DNA of 64,000 nt from Actinomycetota bacterium (GTDB taxonomy: Bacteria > Actinomycetota > CADDZG01 > WHSQ01): the NCBI GenBank assembly GCA_046262015.1, contig JBHENN010000097.1, positions 1,304 through 65,303 on the forward strand, given 5' to 3'. The notes beneath the pieces are model-generated. The model saw nothing but the letters and a program-made list of their open reading frames with translations. It ran no database searches and was not told where the DNA came from. Each line of letters begins with the position of its first letter. Positions within the stretch are counted from its first letter, which is position 1. The position numbers and the translations under genes were made by a program. Below are positions 11,822 to 20,188 of this stretch, piece after piece.

Positions 11822-12934
11822 ATGAAGGTCGGGGTTCCTCGGGAGCTCAAGGACAACGAGTACCGGGTCGCGATCACCCCCGCAGGCGTACGCGAGCTGG
11901 TGGTTCACGGTCACGATGTCCTGGTCGAGGCGGACGCGGGGGTGGGCTCCAGCATCCCCAACTCGGACTTCGAGCGGGCCGGTGCGTCGATCGTGCCCGA
12001 CGCCGATGTCGTCTTCGGGGATGCCGACATGGTCCTCAAGGTCAAGGAGCCGGTCCCCGAGGAGTTCCACCGGCTGCGCGACGGCCTGGTCCTGTTCACC
12101 TACCTGCACCTCGCCGCGAGCGAGCCCGTCACGCGCGCTCTCATGGACGCGGGCACCGCGGCGGTGGCCTACGAGACGGTCGAAGCTGCCGACGGATCGC
12201 TCCCCCTGCTCGCTCCCATGAGCGAGGTCGCCGGCAGGATGGCGCCCCAGGCGGGAGCCACCTTCCTGGAGCGCCCGCACGGCGGCCGAGGCGTCCTCCT
12301 CGGCGGTGTCTCGGGCGTACGCCCGGGGCGGGTGGTGATCATCGGGGCGGGGATGTCGGGCATGAACGCGGCTTGGATCGCCCAGGGCATGGAGGCCGAG
12401 GTCGTGGTGCTCGACAAGAACATCAACAAGCTGCGCGACATCGACCGTATCCATCAAGGCAAGATCCTCACCCTGGCCTCGAACCGGCTCGCGGTCGAAG
12501 AGACGGTCGTCGAGGCCGACCTCGTGATCGGCGCCGTGCTCGTCCCCGGTGCGAAGGCGCCCCGACTGGTCAGCGAGGACGTGGTGCGTGCGATGAAGCC
12601 GGGCTCGGTCGTGGTCGACATCTCCATCGATCAAGGGGGGTGTTTCGCGACATCGCGGATGACGACCCATTCCGAGCCCACCTACGTTGTCCACGACATC
12701 GTCCACTACTGCGTCGGCAACATGCCCGGCGCGGTTCCGCACACGTCGACCTACGCGCTCACGAACGCAACCCTGCCCTACGTCGTAGCCCTCGCCGAGC
12801 ACGGCCTCGAGGACGCGGTGCGCGAAGACCCCCTCCTCGCTCGAGGGGTGAACGTCTTCAAGGGAGCTGTCGTATACGAGCCGGTCGCGGAGGCCCACTC
12901 GGTGCCGTACGTCGCGCTCTCCGACCTCCTCTGA
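11822..12934 (+). CDS. ald: Alanine dehydrogenase
   Basis: MKVGVPRELKDNEYRVAITPAGV start and Rossmann motif VVIIGAGMSGMNAA fit alanine dehydrogenase along the full length. Confidence 0.95.
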   Translation: MKVGVPRELKDNEYRVAITPAGVRELVVHGHDVLVEADAGVGSSIPNSDFERAGASIVPDADVVFGDADMVLKVKEPVPEEFHRLRDGLVLFTYLHLAASEPVTRALMDAGTAAVAYETVEAADGSLPLLAPMSEVAGRMAPQAGATFLERPHGGRGVLLGGVSGVRPGRVVIIGAGMSGMNAAWIAQGMEAEVVVLDKNINKLRDIDRIHQGKILTLASNRLAVEETVVEADLVIGAVLVPGAKAPRLVSEDVVRAMKPGSVVVDISIDQGGCFATSRMTTHSEPTYVVHDIVHYCVGNMPGAVPHTSTYALTNATLPYVVALAEHGLEDAVREDPLLARGVNVFKGAVVYEPVAEAHSVPYVALSDLL

Positions 12935-12940
12935 GGGTCG

Positions 12941-13915
12941 ATGACCCCGGCGCCTCGCTCGCCCGAAGCCCCGGCGGGTGCGAGCGGGCTGCCGAGACTG
13001 GACCGCTGGATCGACGAGTTTCTGGCCCACTGTGCCTACGAGCGCGGCCTGTCGAAGAACACGGTCGCGGCGTACCGCCGCGACCTCGCCGCGTGGCGCC
13101 GCTTCTGCCTCGACCGCCACGTGGACCCGGCGCGTGCCACCGCCGCCGAGGTCACCGCGTACCTCGAGAGCCTGCGCTCCGGGCGCGCCCCGGCCCCGCG
13201 CCGCTATCAGCCCGCCTCGGTGGCGCGCATGCTCGTCGCCCTACGCGCGCTCTATCGATTCCTGGTCCGTGAGGGCCATGTCGACCGTGACCCCACCGCC
13301 AAGGTGGGATCGCCGACACGTGGTCGGTCGCTCCCCAAGGCGATACCCGTGGCGGACGTCGAACGGCTGCTGACCGGCCCGCGCCCCGACCTGTTGGGCC
13401 GCCGCGACCGCGCGATCCTCGAGCTCCTATACGGCGCCGGTCTGCGGATCACCGAGCTGGTCGACCTCGACGTCGACGATCTGGATATCGACGACGGGAC
13501 GGTGGTGGTGCGGTCCGGCAAGGGGAGCAAGGCCCGCCGGCTGCCCTTGGGGCGAGCGGCGCGCCGGGCGCTGGCCGGCTACCTCACCGGTTCTCGTCCG
13601 GCGCTGGCTACGCGCGCGCGCGGAGGCGTCCATGGCGCCCTGTTCCTCAACGCCCGGGGCGGGCGCCTGACCCGGCAAGGGGCATGGAAGATCCTCCGGG
13701 GCCACGCCGAGCTGGCCGGGTTGGGGGCTCGAGTCTCGCCCCATACCCTGAGACACTCGTTCGCCACGCATATGCTCGACGGCGGCGCCGACATCCGGGT
13801 GGTACAGGAGCTGCTCGGGCACGCTAGCCTGGCAACGACCCAGGTATATACCTTGGTGACCGAGCGACGGCTCCGCGAGGCGTACCTGGCGGCCCACCCG
13901 AGGGCGCGCGGCTGA
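12941..13915 (+). CDS. xerD: Tyrosine recombinase XerD
   Basis: The C-terminal catalytic region (HTLRHSFATHMLDGGADIRVVQELLGHASLATTQVYT) is present. The position upstream of parA-like/scpAB matches mycobacteria. Confidence 0.9.
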   Translation: MTPAPRSPEAPAGASGLPRLDRWIDEFLAHCAYERGLSKNTVAAYRRDLAAWRRFCLDRHVDPARATAAEVTAYLESLRSGRAPAPRRYQPASVARMLVALRALYRFLVREGHVDRDPTAKVGSPTRGRSLPKAIPVADVERLLTGPRPDLLGRRDRAILELLYGAGLRITELVDLDVDDLDIDDGTVVVRSGKGSKARRLPLGRAARRALAGYLTGSRPALATRARGGVHGALFLNARGGRLTRQGAWKILRGHAELAGLGARVSPHTLRHSFATHMLDGGADIRVVQELLGHASLATTQVYTLVTERRLREAYLAAHPRARG

Positions 13916-13967
13916 ACGGCCGAGCGCCGGGGCGGGGCGGGGCAGCTCAACGACGAGAGGGAGTCCC

Positions 13968-14315
13968 ATGAACGAAGCACAGCTCAGCGTGATCCGCCGC
14001 CGTCTCGAAGAAGACCGGGCCTCGGTCCGCCTGCAGCTGCAGGAGTACGAGTCCCCGGAAGGCGGCCAGCACGTCGGAACGTCGCTCGCCGAGGGGTTCT
14101 CCGACGCCGCCGCGGCCACGACCGAGCGCTCCGAGGCGGTCGGGCACCTCGAGCAGCTCCAGACTCACCGCGACGAGGTGGAGGCGGCGCTGACCCGGCT
14201 CGACGACGGCACCTACGGCCGCTGCGAGCGATGCGGCGAGGAGATCCCCCTCGAGCGCCTCGAGGCGCTCCCCACCGCGACCCTCTGCGTCGCGTGCAAG
14301 CAGGCCGCGGGGTAA
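13968..14315 (+). CDS. TraR/DksA family C4-type zinc-finger protein
   Basis: C-terminal CERCGEEIPLERLEALPTATLCVACK follows a coiled-coil region. Confidence 0.8.
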   Translation: MNEAQLSVIRRRLEEDRASVRLQLQEYESPEGGQHVGTSLAEGFSDAAAATTERSEAVGHLEQLQTHRDEVEAALTRLDDGTYGRCERCGEEIPLERLEALPTATLCVACKQAAG

Positions 14316-14400
14316 GCCCACTGGCGCGATCGAGCCCGGAACGCGCGGGGGGTTGCCCCGCGGCGGTTCCTGCTGTAGCCTGCTCCGCCTACAAAGAGAT

Positions 14401-14411
14401 TTGTCTACAAG
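14401..14411 (+). promoter_or_regulatory. Motif copy TTGTCTACAAG, 20 nt upstream of the parA-like ATG
   Basis: Member of the ACTTGTC[G/T]ACA(AG) family (minus orientation). It is preceded by a second partial copy, CCTACAAAG. Confidence 0.5.
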
Positions 14412-14430
14412 TGGACGCAGGGGAGGGCCC

Positions 14431-15480
14431 ATGGAGCAACGCGTCGAGGCGGCCGACGGCCCCGAGGAGCGGTCCGCGACGCTCAGGTCGACCGACGCGC
14501 CGGTCCCGACCGACGATCCCGCCCTCGCCTCCGCGGACGGGGGAGCGCTGCCCACCATCCCCGGGCTGGCGACCTCGGGGGCCCACGACGGACCCGTTTC
14601 GGAGCCGGTCCCCATCGCGGTGGAGGAGCCGGCGGTGGAGGAGCGGCTCGACGCCCCCCTGCCGGAGGTCTCGTTCCCTCCCGGGCCCGACCCGGCCCGG
14701 ATCATCGCCTTCGCCAACCAGAAGGGCGGCGTCGGCAAGACCACCTCCACGATCAGTCTGGCGGCCGCCCTGGCGGAGCTGGAGCGGCGCGTCCTCGTGG
14801 TGGACTTCGACCCTCAGGGCGGCTGCTCGCTGGCTCTCGGCATCGAGCCGGGCACCCTGGACCTGTCGGTCTACAACGCGCTGCTGGACCGGGACTGCCG
14901 GCCCGAGGACGTCGTTCAGAAGACGAGCGTCCCCGGCGTCGACCTCCTGCCGTCCAACATCGACCTCGCCGCGGCCGAGCTCATGTTGGTCAACGAGGTC
15001 GCCCGGGAGCAGACCCTGATGAGGGTCCTCTCCCCTCTAAGGCTAAAGTATAACTTTATCCTTATCGACTGTCCGCCGTCCCTGGGACTGCTCACGATCA
15101 ACGCCCTCACCGCGGCCGACGGCGTCATCGTCCCGCTCGAGTGCGAGTACTACGCCTTGCGGGGCATGGGCCTCCTGATGGACTCGATCGAGCGCATCCG
15201 GGACCGCCTGAACCCCAGCCTGCATATCGACGGCATCGTCGCCACCATGTACGACGGCCGCACCCTGCACAGTCGCGAGGTCCTCGCCCGGGTACGCGAG
15301 GCGTTCGGCGGCCAGGTGTTCGACACGATGATCCGCAAGACGATCCGGTTCGCGGAAGCCCCCGTCGCGGGGGAGCCCATCCTGAGCTATGCCCCCAACT
15401 CCCCGGGGGCGATGTCCTATCGGAAACTCGCCAAGGAGGTGATGGAGCGTGTCACGTCGAGCCAGCCTTCCGGGCGCTGA
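14431..15480 (+). CDS. ParA/Soj-family ATPase with ~95 aa Pro/Ala/Glu-rich N-terminal extension (Rv1708/PldP-like position)
   Basis: Deviant Walker A (FANQKGGVGKTT). ATG at 14431 is preceded by GGGGAGGG. The gene sits between xerD and scpAB. Confidence 0.9.
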   Translation: MEQRVEAADGPEERSATLRSTDAPVPTDDPALASADGGALPTIPGLATSGAHDGPVSEPVPIAVEEPAVEERLDAPLPEVSFPPGPDPARIIAFANQKGGVGKTTSTISLAAALAELERRVLVVDFDPQGGCSLALGIEPGTLDLSVYNALLDRDCRPEDVVQKTSVPGVDLLPSNIDLAAAELMLVNEVAREQTLMRVLSPLRLKYNFILIDCPPSLGLLTINALTAADGVIVPLECEYYALRGMGLLMDSIERIRDRLNPSLHIDGIVATMYDGRTLHSREVLARVREAFGGQVFDTMIRKTIRFAEAPVAGEPILSYAPNSPGAMSYRKLAKEVMERVTSSQPSGR

Positions 15481-15814
15481 CGAGCTGTTCCGCAAGACGT
15501 CCGAGCGACCTTCGTCCGCGCGTCCGGACGATGCAGGTAGTCAAGCTAAGTCGATAAATCTACAAGTCGCCCCAGGGCCCACCCCTGACCCGGCCCCGGC
15601 CCCGCGCAAGGGCCCCAAGCACGACGAGAAGGTCACCTTCTACTGCACCGCGGACGACCTGATGGGACTCGAGCGGGCCCGGCTCCAGCTCCGCGCCGAG
15701 CACGGGATCGCAGCCGACCGCGGACGGATAGTCCGGGCCGCGCTTGCGTACGTCCTGGAGGACTTCGACGCCCGCGCCGACGACTCGATCCTCCTGAGGC
15801 GCCTCCAGAAGTAG
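15449..15814 (+). CDS. Small protein with a disordered basic N-terminus and a C-terminal ribbon-helix-helix-like domain; candidate ParG/omega-type partner of the ParA-like ATPase
   Basis: Third-position GC is very high in the C-terminal 70 codons. KVTFYCTADDLMGLERARLQLRAEHGIAADRGRIVRAALAYVLED has a strand-helix-helix pattern. The ORF overlaps the parA end by 32 nt; the start is uncertain. The RHH assignment is inference only. Confidence 0.6.
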   Translation: MSRRASLPGADELFRKTSERPSSARPDDAGSQAKSINLQVAPGPTPDPAPAPRKGPKHDEKVTFYCTADDLMGLERARLQLRAEHGIAADRGRIVRAALAYVLEDFDARADDSILLRRLQK

Positions 15815-16213
15815 GCGACCAGAGGCGTTGTAACCCTGTAGTTGAGGGTTAGTCGGTCGCGCGCGGTCCCGGGTACAGGAGCAGCCGGGAGATCGGGCGC
15901 ACACCGCGGACGCCGGCCCGCCGGCGGATACCGGGCGTGGCTCCGCGCGGACACGAGGCCCCCTGTCCCGCGAGGGCCCGGCGCCCGGTACCTGGAGCGG
16001 TTCCTCGTAGGGCAGGCAGCTCCGGTTCAGCCCCCCGATCGGGGGTGGGCTCTTCTTCCGGCGCCCGCCTGAGCCAGCCGCCGCCGGGGGATATTTATCC
16101 ACATGTCACCAAGTTGTCACCTCGATATAGGCGCTTAGCTGCTTGTCTACTCCTAACGATCGGCCTGGGTAGGGGCCCAGAACCGGCCTTCGCCTAGGGT
16201 GACTTAGTTATGT

Positions 16214-16236
16214 ATCGACATGTCTACATCGACATG
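16214..16236 (+). repeat. Direct repeat ATCGACATG x2 (14 bp period) flanking TGTCTACA in island Z1
   Basis: ATCGACATG occurs at 16214-16222 and 16228-16236. A TAGGGT hexamer lies just upstream at 16195-16200. Confidence 0.6.
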
Positions 16237-17442
16237 CCGGGGGGTCCCGAACGGCTCTGCGGCCGAGGCGGCCCCGCGCGACCACCCCTCGTGGCCGCCA
16301 GGGGCCGAGGGTCTTCAGGTGGGGTCGCCCGCGCCCTCCGGGGGCGATTCCCCGGGGCGACCTCCCCGATCGGGGACAGGGGGCCGGACCTTGCCCAGTG
16401 GCGGGCGGGTGTTCCCAGCGCACCGGTGACTGGGTGTCCCAGGCCCGCCTGGAGCGAAGAATAGAGCTTTAGGTAAGGGTTAGTCTCGGCCGCCACAGCC
16501 TCTCGGGCGAGGAGCTCCCAGGCGCAGAGCTCCCAGGTCAGCACCGCGCAGATCGCTCGAGGCGCGAGCCCCGGCGCGGATCTCCGCGGGCGGATCGGCC
16601 CGTGGGGGGTGCCAGACCGGCAGGCGACAGGCGTAGGCCGACAGGGAGCGTCCCTGCGGCGGCCGGGGAAGTGTGGGGCGGCCCGCCCCCTCAGTCCGGG
16701 CGCGCGGGGCTTCTCTACAAGTTCACTCAAACATATATCACTTTGTCGATATGTAGGCTGTGCCACCTAGGCGGGCTCCCCCAGGGCAGCCCCCACAGAC
16801 TTATCTGTTACTCTATAGGTAGACAAGTTGATATATCGCCCGAAGCCGGGATCGTCCCACCCCTGCCAGTTGACCGGGTTCCACCCCAGCGCCCCCCCTG
16901 CGGGGAGCTGCAACCGGCGGCCTGAGGGCCTAAGGCGCAGGCCACTCACTGTCGTGGCGCTTCTCGCCGACGATGTGCCGGCCGGATCTCTCGAGCCGGT
17001 TCAGTTCCGGCCCCGGTGTGGGGGCCCCGGGGGAGCGTGGCCCTCTACCCGAGGGACGGCGCCGCCGCGCCGAACCCAGCCTCACCCTTAAGTAGAGAGT
17101 TAGCTCGGGAGGACTGGGATCCGAGGTGGCGAGGGCCGCACGGGGCGGGCCGGTCCGCACCGCCGGTCGAGGCGACGCGTCGCTGCGTGGACGCTCCCCG
17201 TCGGGTGGGCCCCTCGGTGGCGGCCCCCTCGGGTCCGGCGCGGAACTATGACGAGCAGCCAGCAGGACTGAAGGAGCCCTAGCCCCGACTCCTGCCGGCG
17301 GATCCGGGCACCCAACCCGGGGATCGGCGGACGGTTCGGGGTTAAGGCCCCTACCCCGCAGGCACCCCGCCGACAGGAGCCTGCGGCTGGTCGGGTCGCG
17401 GAGGTTCGCGGATAGACTGTCTATGGATCTAGCGGCAAGACA

Positions 17443-17455
17443 CCTTGTCGACAAA
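17443..17455 (+). promoter_or_regulatory. Motif copy CCTTGTCGACAAA in island Y3
   Basis: Near-palindromic member of the motif family. It is followed by ACTTGTAC at 17459-17466 and preceded by the palindrome ATAGACTGTCTAT at 17412-17424. Confidence 0.5.
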
Positions 17456-17532
17456 TGTACTTGTACGCACGCGGCAAAGGCCCTGGCCGGCGCCCCGAGA
17501 AACCCTCGGATCGCGGGTGACTTATCGATATA

Positions 17533-18225
17533 TCAATAACCCGCCAGCCCGAGGACGCCGTCCTGCACCGCCCGGATCAGCGGGAACAGCACCGTGAAGC
17601 CTCCGAGGAACAGCAGCGCCAGCAAGATGAGGAAACCGTAGCGATCCAGGAAGAACACCACGTTCTGCTTGCTCGGCGGAAGGAAGATCGTGAGCAGCCG
17701 AGAGCCGTCCAGCGGGGGCAGCGGGATGAGGTTGAAGACCGCGAGGAGCACGTTGATGGCGAGGAAATGGGCGAGGAACTGCGCCGCCACGGGCAGCTCG
17801 AGGAGAAGGATCGGCCCCCCCTCGGGGCACGCGGGGGATCCCGCGGCGCGGCACAGCGGGACGAACAGGAAGGCCGCGACGACCGCGAGCAGGAGGTTCA
17901 TCAGGGGTCCGGCCAGGGCCACGATGGCGGCGCCGAAGCGCTTGGACGACAGCGCCTGGGGCCGGAACTCCACGGGCTTGGCCCAGCCGAACCCGACGAG
18001 CAGGATGCTGAGGGTGCCGAGGGGGTCGAGGTGCTTCGCCGGATTGAGCGTGAGGCGTCCCATCGCACGGGGGAGGCGATCGCCCTGGAGGTCGGCGGCA
18101 AGGGCGTGGGCGTACTCGTGCAGGGACAGCGCGCCGATGAGCGAGGCCGCCAGGAGGACGAAGACGAGGGGCTCTTCGCGCAGCAGCGTAAGGAGGCCTC
18201 CACCCACGGCCGGTATTGTAGCCAC
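17533..18225 (-). CDS. Site-2 protease (M50) family membrane metalloprotease
   Basis: HEYAHAL zinc motif and NLIPLPPLDG motif are present. GTG at 18225 is chosen as start; the longer ORF N-terminus (to 18357) is Arg/Pro-rich and overlaps trpS. Confidence 0.8.
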   Translation of the reverse strand: MATIPAVGGGLLTLLREEPLVFVLLAASLIGALSLHEYAHALAADLQGDRLPRAMGRLTLNPAKHLDPLGTLSILLVGFGWAKPVEFRPQALSSKRFGAAIVALAGPLMNLLLAVVAAFLFVPLCRAAGSPACPEGGPILLLELPVAAQFLAHFLAINVLLAVFNLIPLPPLDGSRLLTIFLPPSKQNVVFFLDRYGFLILLALLFLGGFTVLFPLIRAVQDGVLGLAGY

Positions 18226-18265
18226 GGCGTCACGTACCGGGGTGGGGCGGGCGAAGCGACGAACC

Positions 18266-19330
18266 GTGGAAAGGGTCGAGTTGGACTTGAAGGATGGAGC
18301 CGGGCCGCAGCGGGTCTTCAGCGGGATCAAGCCGACGGGCCAAGCGCACCTCGGCAACTACCTGGGCGCGATCCGCCACTGGGTGGCCCATCAGGAGGAG
18401 CACGAGTCGTTCTTCTGCATCGTCGACCTCCACGGGATGACGTTGCCGTGGGATCCCGCCGAGCTGCGGGAGCAGACGCTCGGCAAGGGGGCCGAGCTCC
18501 TCGCCTGCGGGATCGACCCGGAGCGCTCGGTCGTGTTCATCCAGTCACACGTCGCGGCGCATACCGAGCTCGCCTGGGTGCTGACCTGTCTGTCCCGGAT
18601 GGGGGAGCTGCGCCGGATGGTGCAGTTCAAGGAGAAGTCTAAAGGTGAGGTCGAGACCGTGGGGGTGGGGTTGTTCGCCTATCCGGTGCTCCAGGCGGCC
18701 GACGTCCTCCTCTACCAGGCCCACGGGGTCCCCGTCGGCGAGGACCAGCGCCAGCACGTCGAGCTGATGCGTACGCTCGCGACCCGCTTCAACCGGCGCT
18801 TCGGCCCCACGTTCGTCGTCCCCGAGGCCCGTGTCCCCCCGGAGGGTGCCCGGATCATGGCCCTCGACGATCCCGCTCAGAAGATGAGCAAGTCGGACGA
18901 GCGTCCCAAGGCGGCGATCCTGCTGGTCGATTCCGCCGACGCGATCGCGGCCAAGGTGCGTGCGGCGGTGACCGACTCGGGCACCGAGGTGCGGGCGGGG
19001 GCCGACAAGCCCGCTCTCACGAACCTGCTCACGATGTTCTCGCTTGTCGCAGAGGTCGCTCCCGGAGAGCTCGAGGGTCGCTACCGGGACCGTGGCTACG
19101 GCGACCTCAAGAGGGACCTCACGGCGGCGCTGGTGGAAGGTCTCCGGCCGATCCGCGAGCGCTACGAGGAGCTGATGGGCGATCCCGGTGAGCTCCGCCG
19201 GCTGCTGGCCCAGGGAGCCCTGCGAGCCGCCGAGGTCGCCGACGCCACGATGGCCGTGGTGCGCGACCGCGTCGGACTCTCCGGCCGTGCGGTCGAGGAA
19301 AGCCGCTGGAGCGGAGCGGTGCGCGGCTAG
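18266..19330 (+). CDS. trpS: Tryptophan--tRNA ligase
   Basis: RVFSGIKPTGQAHLGNYLGA (HIGH-type) and KMSKS motifs are present. Start is GTG 18266, or TTG 18281. Confidence 0.9.
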   Translation: MERVELDLKDGAGPQRVFSGIKPTGQAHLGNYLGAIRHWVAHQEEHESFFCIVDLHGMTLPWDPAELREQTLGKGAELLACGIDPERSVVFIQSHVAAHTELAWVLTCLSRMGELRRMVQFKEKSKGEVETVGVGLFAYPVLQAADVLLYQAHGVPVGEDQRQHVELMRTLATRFNRRFGPTFVVPEARVPPEGARIMALDDPAQKMSKSDERPKAAILLVDSADAIAAKVRAAVTDSGTEVRAGADKPALTNLLTMFSLVAEVAPGELEGRYRDRGYGDLKRDLTAALVEGLRPIRERYEELMGDPGELRRLLAQGALRAAEVADATMAVVRDRVGLSGRAVEESRWSGAVRG

Positions 19331-19375
19331 GCTGAGGGCGCCCGGTTGGCCGCGCCCCGGGGCGTAGGGGCGTGG

Positions 19376-19391
19376 ATGTCGACAAGTCGAT
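19376..19391 (+). promoter_or_regulatory. Motif copy ATGTCGACAAGTCGAT at the annotated scpA start
   Basis: The reverse complement shares the 15-mer ATCGACTTGTCGACA exactly with the copy at 29624-29638. Confidence 0.5.
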
Positions 19392-20188
19392 TTGGAGACG
19401 AAGTGACCTACGAGGTGAAGCTCGACGCCTTCCACGGGCCGATCGACCTGCTGCTCCACCTCATCACGCGCCAGCGCGTCGACATCTACGACATCTCACT
19501 CGCCACGATCACCGAGGAGTACCTCGCCGCGGCGGCAGAGATCGACGGGCTCGACCTGGAGCGGGCCACCGGCTTCCTGGTCGTCGCCGCGACCCTGCTG
19601 GAGCTCAAGTCGGCCCGGCTCCTCCCGGCCCCCGAGCGGGACGGGGGGGACGGCCACCTGCTCGAGGAGCGTGACCGCCTCCTGGCCCGCCTGGTGGAGT
19701 GCTCGACCTACCGTGAGGCCGGGGGATGGATCGCCGCCGCCCTCCGGGCGAGCGAGGACGTGCACGGGCGGAGCGTCTCGATGGAGCCGCCCTATCTCGA
19801 TCTCGTCCCGGATCTCCTTGCCCGGACGACGGCCGCCGACCTCGCTCGAGCCGCCGCCCGCCTCCTGGTGCCTCGTCCCGAGCCGACGCTCGACATGACG
19901 CACGTCGCCCCGATCGTGGCATCGGTTCGGGACGCCATCGTCGAGCTCGCCCAGCGCCTCCGGGGCGGCGAGGCCACGTCGTTCGAAGACCTGTGCGGCA
20001 CCTCCGAGCGGATCGAGGTGGTGGTCCGGTTCCTGGCCCTCCTGGAGCTGTTCAAGGCAGGGGCGGTGGACCTCGACCAGCGGGAGCGGTTCGGCGCGAT
20101 CGCGGTGTCGTGGACCGGCGAGGTCGACGCCCAGGAGGTCGCGCTCGAGGCCGAGGAGTACGCCGCGCTGCGAAAGGGAGCGGCGTGA
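19376..20188 (+). CDS. scpA: Segregation and condensation protein A
   Basis: FHGPIDLLLHLI motif near the N-terminus. It is followed by scpB with a GTGA overlap. The true start could be a downstream GTG. Confidence 0.85.
   Translation: MSTSRFGDEVTYEVKLDAFHGPIDLLLHLITRQRVDIYDISLATITEEYLAAAAEIDGLDLERATGFLVVAATLLELKSARLLPAPERDGGDGHLLEERDRLLARLVECSTYREAGGWIAAALRASEDVHGRSVSMEPPYLDLVPDLLARTTAADLARAAARLLVPRPEPTLDMTHVAPIVASVRDAIVELAQRLRGGEATSFEDLCGTSERIEVVVRFLALLELFKAGAVDLDQRERFGAIAVSWTGEVDAQEVALEAEEYAALRKGAA

Larger units (their letters stand above)
15815..17532. repeat. Gene-free 1.7 kb array of three ~600-630 bp units, each with three AT-rich islands (X, Y, Z) separated by GC-rich sequence
   Basis: X islands: GAGGGTTAGTC 15844-15854, AAGGGTTAGTC 16475-16485, GAGAGTTAGC 17095-17104. 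Y islands: 16091-16160, 16711-16760, 17411-17470. Z islands, beginning GACTTA: 16195-16238, 16797-16840, 17517-17541. No frame shows coding periodicity. Confidence 0.65.

Noticed and set aside
15844-17104. Telomere-like GGGTTAG in the X islands.
   Set aside because: Only single copies occur per island, with no tandem TTAGGG tract. The similarity is coincidental. A -10/TSS-region role is more plausible, given the same TAGGGTTAGC upstream of the DUF4193 gene.
16210-17454. ORFs inside the array as real genes. Examples are 16210..16464 (+) 84 aa behind a TAGGGT hexamer, 16828..17091 (+) 87 aa, 16224..16766 (-) 180 aa and 16930..17454 (-) 174 aa.
   Set aside because: The translations are Arg/Pro/Gly-rich low-complexity strings. 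Hand counts of third-position GC are similar in all frames (~75-80%), with no frame standing out. Several of these ORFs run straight through the AT-rich islands. Small leaderless peptides cannot be fully excluded without Ribo-seq.
15815-17532. Replication origin (oriC). A perfect E. coli-type DnaA box TTATCCACA lies at 16095-16103, and there are many TTGTC[G/T]ACA boxes one mismatch from the actinobacterial TTGTCCACA.
   Set aside because: No dnaA, dnaN or rpmH genes are nearby. Genes on both sides of the interval (1-15.8 kb and 18.3-46 kb) run in the same plus direction instead of diverging from it. The mismatch falls on a normally invariant box position. Identical motif copies sit at gene starts up to 14 kb away. 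A cumulative GC-skew plot of the whole genome would settle it.
15815-17532. CRISPR array or other short-period repeat array.
   Set aside because: The repeat period is ~600-630 bp, not 55-75 bp. The conserved elements are 10-45 bp islands with different sequences. No cas genes occur in the window.
12941-17532. Integrated plasmid, ICE or prophage (recombinase plus ParA plus small DNA-binding protein plus repeats).
   Set aside because: The recombinase is the housekeeping XerD in its conserved chromosomal context. No replication, conjugation, integrase-attachment repeats or phage genes occur. Flanking synteny is chromosomal. A domesticated plasmid-type partition cassette remains possible and is covered in the findings.
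16700-17545. XerCD dif site near xerD. AT-rich stretches such as AAACATATATCAC and TTATCGATATATCAATAA were considered.
   Set aside because: They do not show the 11-6-11 dif architecture with conserved XerC/XerD arms. dif is expected at the terminus, not next to the xerD gene.
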